Below are positions 7,983 through 17,021 of a stretch of DNA of 32,000 nt, one piece after another; position 1 is the first letter of the stretch; every line of letters starts with the position of its first letter. The notes beneath the pieces are model-generated. The model saw only the letters and a program-made list of their open reading frames with translations. It did no database searches and was not told the origin of the DNA. Origin of the DNA: Acaryochloris marina MBIC11017. Lineage in GTDB: Bacteria; Cyanobacteriota; Cyanobacteriia; Thermosynechococcales; Thermosynechococcaceae. The position numbers and the translations under genes are program-made. The stretch covers positions 5,040,001 through 5,072,000 of the forward strand of contig NC_009925.1 of NCBI RefSeq assembly GCF_000018105.1, written 5' to 3'.

Positions 7983-10799
7983 CTACCGAAACCCCCTTAC
8001 GGCCCAGTAGCCCGATAGGGCTGAAGTTATGCCAGAGGTGAGAGCAATGGCAAATAGCCACCAAGCTGCGATCGCAGCGGACTGACGAACTTTATCGGCC
8101 TGACGTTGGGTGTCTTGTTTCAATTCACGGGCCTGCTGTTGCAGCTCGGTTTGCAGTTGATCGACTTGGTCTAAGAGTTGCTGCTGGAGTGCTTCAGCCT
8201 GTTCAGACAGTTGGTGTTTGACGGTATCTTCTAAGTCATCGCGGGTATGGATGATTTGTTGGTAGGTGGATTGGGTCAGTACGGAGATGCGATCGCGAAT
8301 CTGCTGCCAAGAGGATTCTGTCAGTAATTCAGTGGGTGCTTTTCGGGCAAAATCTTGAAGACTGTCCCCGATCTGAGAAACCTCGATATGGGGTAGGGCA
8401 TCACTTAGCGTTTCCTGGAGTTGAATCGACCCTGCATAGGGAAGCGAACTCAGTATCTCTCGGACCTTAGTCGCTACGGTGTCCAGAGAGGATTGGGCTT
8501 GTTTCTGCAAAGATTGAGCTTCCTCTCCTAGCTTTTCCCAAGTTAAAGCAAGCTGCAATGAAATTTGTTCCATTTCTGCAGCCGTTAAATCTTTCCGCTC
8601 CTGGAGTAGAGCAATGATTTCAGACTGGCAAGGAAGCTGGGGGAATGGGTTTGGTGATGAACTTCCCATATTGACTTCCTCTAAAAGGCACTTCAAGTCT
8701 TGTTCTATAGATTCAATCTTTGTAAGCGCAGCGCGATCCTGATATTTGAGATAGCGTTGGAGCTGACCTTGCCAATCTTGAGCAGTGCGTTGCGTCCGAC
8801 GAGCCCAACGGCGAGGAAATTTGGCAATCTGCTGCCATTCTTCTTGCAGGGTCGCCAGGATTGAGTTCAGATTTTGGGGGGTAAGATCGTACTCGTCTTG
8901 TAACTCCTGAGCCAGTGACATCCAGTCCAGTTGTCCCAGATATTGGTTGAACACAGTTAAACCAGATGTCGGTTGATCGATCAGTTGCATCAGTTGAGGC
9001 TTGAGGTCTTCTAAGGTTATGGACTGAACATCCGGCCCTTGCAACTGCTCAGCAATGATGGTCTTAAGTCGTTTGTGAATAGATGGTGGAGCTGGCTGAA
9101 TCGAATCGGGTAAAAGATGTTGCCAGTTTTCAGAGATTGCAGCTAATAGTGCTTTTCGTTTCTTGGGTTGGAGACCTTTACGCCGTTTCAAGATTTTTTG
9201 CAGAGCGTCAAGGTCTGGCGGATAGGAAGCCAGCATTGGAGTTGGAATGGGAATCTCTTCAATTAAGGATTTCAGTTTCTGTTCAATCCCCTCTGGACTC
9301 AATTTGCTCAGGGTGGTGTAGCGGCAATAAGACTCCAGTTTTTGTTGGATCTGATGGAGGTGCTCCCGTTCAGGCGGCTTCAGGTCTGAAGAAGGCTGTA
9401 CTTGATCCAAGATATTGAGGCGCACCCGATTAAGCACGTTGGCAATTTTAGCCAGTTGATGATCAGGTAAATCCTGCCGTTGCTGGAGGAATTCCTGGAT
9501 CTGATCGGGGGTGAGGAGAATTAGCTGTTGGTGAACAAGTGATGGATCCGCTGCAGGGTCATAAAGAATATCTTTGAAGTCAACCTCAATAATGTCCGGC
9601 TGCAGATTCCATGGGGGTGTGTTTAATAGGTAGTCTTCAACGTCCAACTGGATAATATTGATCGGTTGCTTGGACTCAGATGAACCCGTCAGTTTTTGCT
9701 GAGTCGATTGCAGGACCTGCCAAATTCGCTGTACGTCCCAGTCCGATAAATCAACTCGTCGGAGAGCAGTGCGAAGTAGCCCTTTGAAATCAATATCCTG
9801 TAACGTGCTCCAGGAATGGGAGGTTTCTAAGGGGGCGAGTTGCGTGGATAAGGATTCGGATTGTAAGTCCGATGGATCTGCCGTTTGCAGAAAGTTTTTG
9901 AGATCTGTGACAGGGGCCGATTGCTGAGGGTGTTCTGGAACTGGGTGTGGGTCGTTTCCCACCTCTTGAGTTAGCTTTTGAAGCTGCTGCTGAAGTTCTT
10001 CCAGTATGGGCTGAGGGAGGTTTAGCCGATTTTGCAACTCTTCTACGATCTGCCCCAAATCGATCGTGTGATTTTCTGTCGTATTGGCAATCACCTCTTC
10101 TGCAATTTGCGAGAGATGGGTTGCTTTAGAGGGGGTTTCAGACTTCAGCTTAGCTAGAGTGCTCTCAAATACAGGAGAGAAGTCCATGTCCTCCAAAGCC
10201 TGGATTAGCTTAGAATGTCCTATCACGTCTGGATCTTCATCAGCAGAGCTTGTGTCTGATGATGTGGGATTGAAGAGTTGGCCGACGGCTGCAAACAGTC
10301 GTCGTAATCCTGCGCGAGTAAACCCCAAGACCGTATCGGCGATAGTCCCCACTGCTGATGTGCTCAACCAAGTGAGCAGAATCAGATAAACGGCCCAAAC
10401 TAAGCCCCCTAAAATTGCCCCTAGCCATGGATCGCTTACCTGACTGAGTTTGACTGCTAAATAACAAGCCGCAAATAACACTCCATCAATGGAGAGCATA
10501 ATGGCCAAGCCTGCTGCGACACCGATCAGCGCAACACTACCAAAGCTAGCGTCTTCAGGTTCTGGTGGCTTATCTGAAGTTGGGGGGTTGGGTTTCAGGT
10601 TAAATATGGATAACCCAATGGCAATACCAAAATTAGCCAGCAATAACTGGAAAGCGAGTCCGAATAAAAGACCCGCTAAAACAACAACGATAATCTGTCC
10701 ACCGGAGAGTATAGTGGCAGAGTCTAGACGAGAATTTAGCAAGGCTCTGTTGACGGTACTGATCATGGCCCTCCCAGAGAATGCATAGTCCTGAAACAT
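7983..10799 (-). CDS. Large membrane-anchored coiled-coil protein (hypothetical)
   Basis: 938 aa. Hydrophobic helices occupy residues about 40-165 and the extreme C-terminus (AAIAAWWLFAIALTSGITSALSGYWAV). The roughly 700 aa between them are Gln/Leu/Glu-rich and helical. Confidence 0.8.
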   Translation of the reverse strand: MFQDYAFSGRAMISTVNRALLNSRLDSATILSGGQIIVVVLAGLLFGLAFQLLLANFGIAIGLSIFNLKPNPPTSDKPPEPEDASFGSVALIGVAAGLAIMLSIDGVLFAACYLAVKLSQVSDPWLGAILGGLVWAVYLILLTWLSTSAVGTIADTVLGFTRAGLRRLFAAVGQLFNPTSSDTSSADEDPDVIGHSKLIQALEDMDFSPVFESTLAKLKSETPSKATHLSQIAEEVIANTTENHTIDLGQIVEELQNRLNLPQPILEELQQQLQKLTQEVGNDPHPVPEHPQQSAPVTDLKNFLQTADPSDLQSESLSTQLAPLETSHSWSTLQDIDFKGLLRTALRRVDLSDWDVQRIWQVLQSTQQKLTGSSESKQPINIIQLDVEDYLLNTPPWNLQPDIIEVDFKDILYDPAADPSLVHQQLILLTPDQIQEFLQQRQDLPDHQLAKIANVLNRVRLNILDQVQPSSDLKPPEREHLHQIQQKLESYCRYTTLSKLSPEGIEQKLKSLIEEIPIPTPMLASYPPDLDALQKILKRRKGLQPKKRKALLAAISENWQHLLPDSIQPAPPSIHKRLKTIIAEQLQGPDVQSITLEDLKPQLMQLIDQPTSGLTVFNQYLGQLDWMSLAQELQDEYDLTPQNLNSILATLQEEWQQIAKFPRRWARRTQRTAQDWQGQLQRYLKYQDRAALTKIESIEQDLKCLLEEVNMGSSSPNPFPQLPCQSEIIALLQERKDLTAAEMEQISLQLALTWEKLGEEAQSLQKQAQSSLDTVATKVREILSSLPYAGSIQLQETLSDALPHIEVSQIGDSLQDFARKAPTELLTESSWQQIRDRISVLTQSTYQQIIHTRDDLEDTVKHQLSEQAEALQQQLLDQVDQLQTELQQQARELKQDTQRQADKVRQSAAIAAWWLFAIALTSGITSALSGYWAVRGFR

Positions 10800-10836
10800 T
10801 CGGTCCTAGAAAGATTGAGCTGATAGGGGCAAATTC

Positions 10837-11970
10837 TTAAAACCCTGTTGAAGAATGATGTCTATTGGTGGAATGAACGACTTGGGAGTCACTCGCAGTA
10901 TGGGATATTTCCTCAAAAATTTCTGTCGGGACGACCCGTACTTTTAATTGAATGGGCTGTCCTAACTGTTCTATCAAAAATTGTCTCACCAGTCGGACTT
11001 GGTATTGGGAAATGGAGTCTGCTTTAGCTGCTACCTCTAATTCCACCCGCAGGCCGTTTAGCTGAGGCTGAACCTCAATATTTTTGATTTCCGTATCGGC
11101 AAAGGTTAGGGTCTGCCGACGCAGGAGGGCAGCCACCTGTCGATGTACATGCTCTTCTACCAAGATATTTCGCAGCGACAAACCCAACGGAATACCGAGC
11201 AGAAACAGGGCTAGAAACCCTGCAAATAAGCCCTTCTTTGCTCGCTCAAGGGAACCGTACTGTTGCCAGAGAAAGACCAGTGCCCCACTGAAGATAATAC
11301 CCGTCAGGTTGGTGGCAAACAGAATGCTGGCCCCCAATGCGACACGAGCATTCCACCAGGCAATACCGATGCCGATCACGCTTAAAGGGGGAACAAGAGC
11401 TACAGAGATAGCAACTCCGGATAAAGCATTCTCAACTTGACGACGAGAAATAGCAAAAGCCCCTGCAGCGCCAGCCGCAAGCGCAACCCCCAGATCAATC
11501 AGGGTGGGACGAACCCGAGCCAAGATTTCTGAATTGGTTTGAGTTAATCCAAACAGCAGCGTAATCAGGGTTGCCGCTAGGATGGACAGCAAGATTCCCT
11601 TAAATGTGGTCAGGGCAGACCGCTTGAGGAGGCGACGATTGCCCATCACAATCGCATAGGCGATACCAATAATAGACCCCATCAAAGGGGCTATAATCAT
11701 GGCTCCAATAATCACTGCAGCGCTACCTGAGAGTAGTCCTAGGGTGGCAATAACGCTGGACAAACCCAACATGGCATAGAAGCTGAGGGAAGGCACGGAG
11801 CTTTTCCATAAACTCCGATTGACGGCGGCAACGGGTCGGGGCTTTTCGGCAGCCCAGCTCCAATCGCCACTGTTTTGGTGCCACAGCTCAGCGACTTCTT
11901 TTTGAGCTGAATGTAAGCCTCGACGGCTTTTGCTGAAGTAGGTGCGGAGCTTAGTCATCAGTTTAGTCAT
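10837..11970 (-). CDS. DUF389 (TIGR00341-type) hydrophobic membrane protein
   Basis: 377 aa with multiple TM helices. The motif IIGAMIIAPLMGSIIGIAYAIV is typical of DUF389. Confidence 0.8.
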   Translation of the reverse strand: MTKLMTKLRTYFSKSRRGLHSAQKEVAELWHQNSGDWSWAAEKPRPVAAVNRSLWKSSVPSLSFYAMLGLSSVIATLGLLSGSAAVIIGAMIIAPLMGSIIGIAYAIVMGNRRLLKRSALTTFKGILLSILAATLITLLFGLTQTNSEILARVRPTLIDLGVALAAGAAGAFAISRRQVENALSGVAISVALVPPLSVIGIGIAWWNARVALGASILFATNLTGIIFSGALVFLWQQYGSLERAKKGLFAGFLALFLLGIPLGLSLRNILVEEHVHRQVAALLRRQTLTFADTEIKNIEVQPQLNGLRVELEVAAKADSISQYQVRLVRQFLIEQLGQPIQLKVRVVPTEIFEEISHTASDSQVVHSTNRHHSSTGF

Positions 11971-12018
11971 GGATCGAGGATCCGTTAACGGTTGTTGGAC
12001 ATGGCTCCACGGGTGAGT

Positions 12019-13023
12019 CTAGGAGCGAGGGGCGTTGCGATGAAATATTTTTTTCAACCACTGCGGCAATTGCTGGATGGGGGAGTTACCTGAAGATGAG
12101 GCCGCTTTTTGAGCGTTGGGTTGAGAGGATTCCGGCAGAGTGACGGGATCTTGGAGGGCGGTCGCATAATGGGCGGGGCGAATCTGGGAGCCAAAGCGAT
12201 TGGTATAGACCTTGGTTAGCTCTGCGCCAAAAAAGAAAATCTGTGCTGAATAATTGACCCACAGTAAAACGACGGCGAGGGACCCTGCTGCTCCGTAGGT
12301 GGAACTGAGACTGTTTCGACTCAAGTAGAGGCTAATCAAAAACTTCCCTATAGAAAACAGTAGAGATGTAAGGAACGAGCCAATCCAGACATCACTCCAT
12401 TGAATCTCGACATCAGGCAAATACTTGTAAATTAAGGCGACGATAAAGGTGATGATGCTTAAGGAAAATACTGAATCTAGGATTCGCCCCACATGGATCC
12501 AAGAGCTGACATAGGTACTAGCACTATTACTGACCGCCGTTAGCCAGGTGCTGAGTCCTAAGATCAGGATTAAAACCAGCCCAACGCCGAGTACCATGAC
12601 AAAGGCAAAGAACCGATCCCGCACAAATCCTTTCCACCCCCGATCTGGTGCAGGCTGAATTTTCCAAATGGAATTCAAGGCATCTTTGAGGTTGGTGAAG
12701 AGTCCAGTGGAGCCGACAAACAGTAAAACCAAACTCCCTAAGGTATCTCTCATTCCAGATCCTTGTAGGTAGGTTCCCCGCACCATCACCCGGATAATGG
12801 CGGCACCATCGGGGCCTAACCATTCTTTGAATTGCGCCATCACTTGCCCTTGGACGGTGCTTTGGTTAAATGCCAAACTTGCGATCGCGATCACAATCAC
12901 TAACACTGGGGCGAGGGAAAAAGCCGTGTAGTAGGCCAAGGCCGCTGCCAACCGAGAGGCTTTATCTCTCTGCCACTCTAGCCCGGTTACTTTAAGCAAC
13001 CAAAAGACGTTATCAAAGGGCAT
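12019..13023 (-). CDS. YihY/BrkB-family membrane protein
   Basis: WQRDKASRLAAALAYYTAFSLAPVLVI and the later GAELTKVY motif are typical of YihY/virulence factor BrkB. I prefer the ATG at 13023 (MPFDNVF...), which follows AGGAG, over the track's non-ATG start at 13077. Confidence 0.8.
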   Translation of the reverse strand: MPFDNVFWLLKVTGLEWQRDKASRLAAALAYYTAFSLAPVLVIVIAIASLAFNQSTVQGQVMAQFKEWLGPDGAAIIRVMVRGTYLQGSGMRDTLGSLVLLFVGSTGLFTNLKDALNSIWKIQPAPDRGWKGFVRDRFFAFVMVLGVGLVLILILGLSTWLTAVSNSASTYVSSWIHVGRILDSVFSLSIITFIVALIYKYLPDVEIQWSDVWIGSFLTSLLFSIGKFLISLYLSRNSLSSTYGAAGSLAVVLLWVNYSAQIFFFGAELTKVYTNRFGSQIRPAHYATALQDPVTLPESSQPNAQKAASSSGNSPIQQLPQWLKKIFHRNAPRS

Positions 13024-13307
13024 GCTGTGTCTCCTGCAAGAGTTGACGACGATTGGAGCAAGGGAGAGTTTTAACAATAGGCTGGAGCTAAATGGTTATC
13101 CCTTGGGATGAGTAACGGTGCTTGCTTGGGCAAGAATATTCCCAAAATCAAGCTGTTGCCAAGTCACCACACCCATAATTCCCAAAATTAAAATCATCCC
13201 CATACCCAAAAGCCCCTGGGTAAACCCCTGGGCCTGCTGTCGCGGAGGCTCTGAGCCATCAATTGCAACAAGCGGGTTGAAGGGGGGAGAAATTCAGATA
13301 GGGATAT

Positions 13308-13338
13308 AAAAAGGCTAGGTAGCCTGAGACTACCTAGC
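13308..13338 (-). terminator. Rho-independent terminator downstream of csbD-like gene
   Basis: A perfect 9-bp stem GCTAGGTAG (13314-13322) / CTACCTAGC (13330-13338) with a 7-nt loop. On the minus strand a U-tract follows it (plus-strand AAAAA at 13308-13312). It lies about 40 nt after the stop. Confidence 0.6.
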
Positions 13339-13377
13339 ATCCAGAGACACAGGCGTGAAAATGGTTATCCACCATGG

Positions 13378-13560
13378 CTAGTCAATGGCTTGCTTAATGT
13401 CATCCTTAATATTCTCAACGGCATGTTGAGTCTCGGCTTCAGCCTGCTTGGCTCGACCTTCTTCGCGATCTTGAGGGTTGCCGGTGAGTTCTCCCATCAT
13501 TTCCTGGCCTTTCCCCTCAAGGTTTTTGACCGTGGCGTCAATTCTATCTTCAATACTCAT
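13378..13560 (-). CDS. CsbD-family general stress protein
   Basis: 60 aa. KNLEGKGQEMMGELTGNPQDREEGRAKQAEAE is the CsbD pattern. Confidence 0.85.
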   Translation of the reverse strand: MSIEDRIDATVKNLEGKGQEMMGELTGNPQDREEGRAKQAEAETQHAVENIKDDIKQAID

Positions 13561-13676
13561 GGCTAAACTCCTTTATTGTCAGTAGTTTTGGCGACATCAA
13601 TAATCTATCAATCGGTCCACTGGTCCAGGCTCTACCGCAAGATAGTTTGATGGGTCTATCAAAAGACAGAGATCCA

Positions 13677-14939
13677 CAGGGCGACCGCACATAGAAGTTA
13701 ACAAAGCATTCGAATTAGGAAGAGGTGGAGGATAATGCCTCAAAAGCAACGCTCAGCAAGCCATGACATCCTCTCCCTTTGCCTCAATTATTGAACACTT
13801 CAGCGACTTAGACGACCCGAGAGCAGCCCACCGCATAGAGTATTCGCTAGAAGATATCATCTTCATCACCCTATGCGCTGTCCTTTGTGGAGCAGATAAT
13901 TGGGTGGAAGTGGCCAACTATGGTTGTTCCAAAGCCCAGTGGTTAAAGCAATGGATAGCATTGCCAAACGGTATTCCCTCCCATGACACCTTCGAGTGGG
14001 TCTTTGCCAGATTGAAACCTCAACAATTGCAGCAGTGCTTTCTCAATTGGACTCAAGCCATCTATCATCTGAGCGCAGGAGCACTGATTGCCATTGACGG
14101 TAAGACGCTGCGGGGCGCGATTGCAACCGGTGAGCAGCGCAGCTTGATTCACATGGTCAGTGCATGGGCCAGTCACAATCGTCTCGTTTTAGGTCAACGC
14201 ACCGTTGAGGAGAAATCTAATGAGATTACGGCTATCCCTGAATTACTGAAAATCCTAGAGCTTGAAGGAGCTTTGGTCAGTATTGACGCGATGGGCTGTC
14301 AAACCGCGATTGCCGAGACGATTATTGAGGGCCAAGGGGATTATGTGTTGGCCCTCAAAGGCAATCAAGGTGATTTATATAACGATGTGGTGCAACTGTT
14401 TGACCATGCTTGTCAGACTCAATTTCAGGGGATTGAGCATGATAGCTATCAAACCGTCGAGAAAGGGCATGGGCGAATTGAGCATCGCACCTATTGGACA
14501 ATGGGGCAAACCGATTACTTACTGGGGGCTGAGCGTTGGGCTCAATTGAAGTCGATTGGGTGCGTTGAATCGTGTCGTCGTCAGCCAGGACACCCAGGCA
14601 CACTTCAGCGGCGCTATTACCTTTTGAGCATTGAGAGTGATGCACAACGGTTTGCCGATGCTGTGCGCTCTCATTGGGGGATTGAAAACCAGTTGCACTG
14701 GATTTTGGATGTGGGATTTCGTGAAGATAAACTGCGTGCCTGTCAGGGATACAGTGCTCAAAACTTATCCGTCATTCGTCATATTGCTGCTAATTTGTTG
14801 CAGCAAGAGTCAACGGCTAAATGTGGGGTTAAGGCAAAACGGCTCAAGGCAGGTTGGGATGATGACTACCTGGTCAAGATCCTCAGCGCTGCTGCCAAGG
14901 GAATACCTGCTTCATGAAGAACTATGTGCGGTCGCCCTG
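13677..14939 (+). mobile_element. ISAs1-family insertion sequence, apparently intact
   Basis: Perfect 18-bp terminal inverted repeats: CAGGGCGACCGCACATAG (13677-13694) and its reverse complement (14922-14939). They are flanked by the identical 10-bp direct repeat CAGAGATCCA (13667-13676 and 14940-14949). One transposase ORF lies inside. Confidence 0.9.
13763..14917 (+). CDS. ISAs1-family transposase (H-repeat-associated type)
   Basis: 384 aa. The N-terminus FSDLDDPRAAHRIEYSLEDIIFITLCAVLCGADNWVEVANYG and the later IDAMGCQ and HWGIENQLHW blocks are typical of ISAs1 transposases. Confidence 0.9.
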   Translation: MTSSPFASIIEHFSDLDDPRAAHRIEYSLEDIIFITLCAVLCGADNWVEVANYGCSKAQWLKQWIALPNGIPSHDTFEWVFARLKPQQLQQCFLNWTQAIYHLSAGALIAIDGKTLRGAIATGEQRSLIHMVSAWASHNRLVLGQRTVEEKSNEITAIPELLKILELEGALVSIDAMGCQTAIAETIIEGQGDYVLALKGNQGDLYNDVVQLFDHACQTQFQGIEHDSYQTVEKGHGRIEHRTYWTMGQTDYLLGAERWAQLKSIGCVESCRRQPGHPGTLQRRYYLLSIESDAQRFADAVRSHWGIENQLHWILDVGFREDKLRACQGYSAQNLSVIRHIAANLLQQESTAKCGVKAKRLKAGWDDDYLVKILSAAAKGIPAS

Positions 14940-15192
14940 CAGAGATCCATCATGTATGGCTTAAAGCTCATGTTTGATCGCTAGGCGATGGGAGTTCGGA
15001 TTACCGCTTTATGTAGTGAGATTGGTCCTCCTGGTTGCCCAAAAGCTCTGGTTGGCCTCAATGCAATTAAAGCCATTGAGAAAAAATTTTGTAGTTGGAG
15101 TGAGTAGCCCATGCTCAAAGGGTTTGAGGCTTAATACCACTGTGATCAATGCCATTAAGAAATGGTTGAGCTAAAGAAAAGTGTGAGAAGGG

Positions 15193-15221
15193 TTGACAAA
15201 ACTTTACATTGTGTTACATTA
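15193..15221 (+). promoter_or_regulatory. Candidate sigma70-type promoter for the hli gene
   Basis: TTGACA (15193-15198), a 16-17 nt spacer, then TACATT/ACATTA (15215-15221), about 35 nt upstream of the ATG at 15255. Sequence match only. Confidence 0.3.
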
Positions 15222-15254
15222 ATTTATACAAGCATTTTTTACGGAGTCAAACAC

Positions 15255-15410
15255 ATGAGTACTAAGAATCCAGTTTGGGGGTTTACCAGCTACGCAGAGA
15301 CTTTCAGCGGTCGCCTAGCAATGTATGGATTTTTCATTGCTTTAGTCACTGAAGTTTTAACTGGAAAAGGAATCCTAGGCCAGCTTTCTGCTTGGTTCTT
15401 CGTTAATTAA
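15255..15410 (+). CDS. hli: High-light-inducible protein (HLIP, CAB/ELIP/HLIP superfamily)
   Basis: The ATG at 15255 gives a 51-aa protein. WGFTSYAETFSGRLAMYGFFIALVTEVLTGKGI is the single-helix chlorophyll-binding motif (E..NGR.AM.GF). The track ORF start at 15162 looks too long. Confidence 0.85.
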   Translation: MSTKNPVWGFTSYAETFSGRLAMYGFFIALVTEVLTGKGILGQLSAWFFVN

Positions 15411-15468
15411 TTTTTTATTGGCGGCAAACGGTCGCTAATAGTCCTTAATTTCTTCTTCCTTGTTATAA

Positions 15469-15496
15469 GACCCCGGTTTTGAGCTGGGGTCTTTTT
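15469..15496 (+). terminator. Rho-independent terminator after hli
   Basis: An 8-bp stem GACCCCGG / CTGGGGTC (one G-U pair) with loop TTTTGAG at 15469-15491, followed by TTTTT (15492-15496). Confidence 0.6.
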
Positions 15497-15727
15497 CTGT
15501 AACTGTGCTGGTATTGTGGGTGCGATCGCATCACTCATACCCTCAATCATTTGAGAACACCGATAATGTCCTCACAACAGCGTTGCCGTAAACCTGTTAG
15601 ATCCGCCACTGCTGACTGCCCCGCCTAACTAGTCCTAGATTTTGAAGATAATCCGGCAGTTATACAAGATTGGTCATCAATCGGATAGTGTCAGAGAAAC
15701 CCTCTTCACAAGATATGATTTCTGCCA

Positions 15728-16264
15728 ATGCCAACTCCCAAAGCTTCTCCAATCGAACTATCGCAGCAACAACACCATTGTTTGACCCAAATCGTGCGAC
15801 AAACCACCAATCCTTATCGCTTGGTACGTCGAGCAAGCATCATCCTATCAGCCGCCTCAGGCGAAAGTAACACCCAGATTAGCCGTCAATGGCAACTCGA
15901 CCGCAACCAAGTTCGCTATTGGCGTCAGCGCTGGCTTGATAATCAAGAGCGTCTTGCCCTTTGTGAGCAGGTAGACGACAGCGAAACAGAATTGCACCAG
16001 CAAGTGTTGGAGGCTTTAACAGATGCCCCGCGTCCAGGTGTCCCACCCACCTTTACCCCAGAGCAGGTGATCCAAATTGTGGCTATTGCCTGTGAATCTC
16101 CCCAGGACTCAGCCCGACCTGTGAGTCAATGGACACCTGAAGAGATTGCTGATGAAGCGATTAAACGCGGCATCGTCCCTCACCTGTCGGCCAGCAGTGT
16201 GAGACGTTTTTTGGGGAGAGGCTCAGCTGCAGCCCCATCGGAGTCGCTATTGGCTCAATGCTAA
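15728..16264 (+). CDS. IS630-family transposase, N-terminal HTH part (orfA)
   Basis: NPYRLVRRASIILSAASGESNTQISRQWQLDRNQVRYWRQRW is an IS630-type HTH. The frame ends in out-of-frame sequence after ...SVRRFLG. Confidence 0.85.
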   Translation: MPTPKASPIELSQQQHHCLTQIVRQTTNPYRLVRRASIILSAASGESNTQISRQWQLDRNQVRYWRQRWLDNQERLALCEQVDDSETELHQQVLEALTDAPRPGVPPTFTPEQVIQIVAIACESPQDSARPVSQWTPEEIADEAIKRGIVPHLSASSVRRFLGRGSAAAPSESLLAQC

Positions 16265-16280
16265 CCCTGAGGACCCAGAG

Positions 16281-16976
16281 GTGTTCGAGGCGAAAGTGCG
16301 TCAGATTTGTCAACTGTATGACTCAGCAGCTGAATTGGCAGCTCAACAGATTCACCTTGTCAGTACGGATGAAATGACGGGCATTCAAGCGCTTGAACGA
16401 CTATACCTAGACCAAGCCATGAAACCAGGGCAACCACGTCGCTTGGAATTTGAATATAAACGGCACGGTACCCTCAGTTTGATTGCCAACTGGCACGTGG
16501 CTCTGGGAAAGGTGATTGCGCCTTCTATCGGACCCACTCGAAAAGAGTTTGACTTTGCCAATCATATTGCCAATACCGTTGAAACAGCACCGGACGATGG
16601 ATGGATTTTTCTACTCGACCAACTCAATACCCATCGCTCTGCTTCCTTGGTGCGATGGGTTGCTGCTTGTTGCGGTATGGATTCAGAGTTAGGTGTTAAA
16701 GGTCAATCCGGTATTCTCAAATCGATGGAGACTCGCACAGCTTTCTTGAGCGACCCCAGCCATCGGATCCGATTTGTTTATATCCCCAAACATACCTCCT
16801 GGCTCAATCAGATTGAATGCTGGTTTAGTATTTTGGTGCGTCGATTGATTCGTCGAGGCAATTTCACCTCCAAGGATGATTTGCAACAGCGCATCCTCGA
16901 ATTTATTGAGTATTTCAATCACACGATGGCCAAACCTTTCCAATGGCAATTTAAGGGATTCCAACCTCGACTATAG
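16281..16976 (+). CDS. IS630-family transposase, DDE catalytic part (orfB)
   Basis: DDE-type blocks are present: LVSTDEMTG, FLLDQLNTHRS and PKHTSWLNQIECWFS. This frame is already open from 16203 and reads ...EAQLQPHRSRYWLNANPEDPEVFEA, the usual continuation of orfA. It is displaced by +1 relative to orfA. Confidence 0.85.
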   Translation: MFEAKVRQICQLYDSAAELAAQQIHLVSTDEMTGIQALERLYLDQAMKPGQPRRLEFEYKRHGTLSLIANWHVALGKVIAPSIGPTRKEFDFANHIANTVETAPDDGWIFLLDQLNTHRSASLVRWVAACCGMDSELGVKGQSGILKSMETRTAFLSDPSHRIRFVYIPKHTSWLNQIECWFSILVRRLIRRGNFTSKDDLQQRILEFIEYFNHTMAKPFQWQFKGFQPRL

Positions 16977-17021
16977 CTGATGAACTATTTACAGATCTCT
17001 GCACTAGGACACTCATAACCC

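Larger units (their letters stand above)
15688..17004 (+). mobile_element. IS630-family insertion sequence (transposase split into two frames)
   Basis: TA dinucleotides flank both ends (15686-15687 and 17005-17006). The terminal inverted repeats are short and imperfect: GTGTCAGAGA at the left against GTGCAGAGAT (reverse complement) at the right. The length of about 1.3 kb and the two transposase ORFs fit IS630. The exact ends are less certain than for the ISAs1 copy. Confidence 0.7.

Noticed and set aside
9083-10788. Plus-strand ORFs inside the 938-aa gene (9083..9418, 9947..10129, 10084..10389, 10489..10788)
   Set aside because: They are fully embedded antisense in a long continuous minus-strand ORF. 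Their low-complexity composition is typical of shadow frames.
13118-13309. 63-aa + strand ORF between the yihY-like and csbD genes
   Set aside because: It has a non-ATG start and a Pro/Ile-rich odd composition, and it overlaps the csbD terminator region. Probably non-coding.
13943-14984. Alternative-frame ORFs within and across the ISAs1 transposase
   Set aside because: They are embedded in the well-supported 384-aa transposase frame. One also runs across the IS end, which is implausible.
16206-16213. T-TTT-TTG as a classical -1 slippery heptamer for the IS630 transposase
   Set aside because: I checked the frames. orfB is displaced +1 (equivalently -2) from orfA, and the -1 frame gives unrelated sequence. 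A standard -1 programmed frameshift therefore cannot join the two parts.
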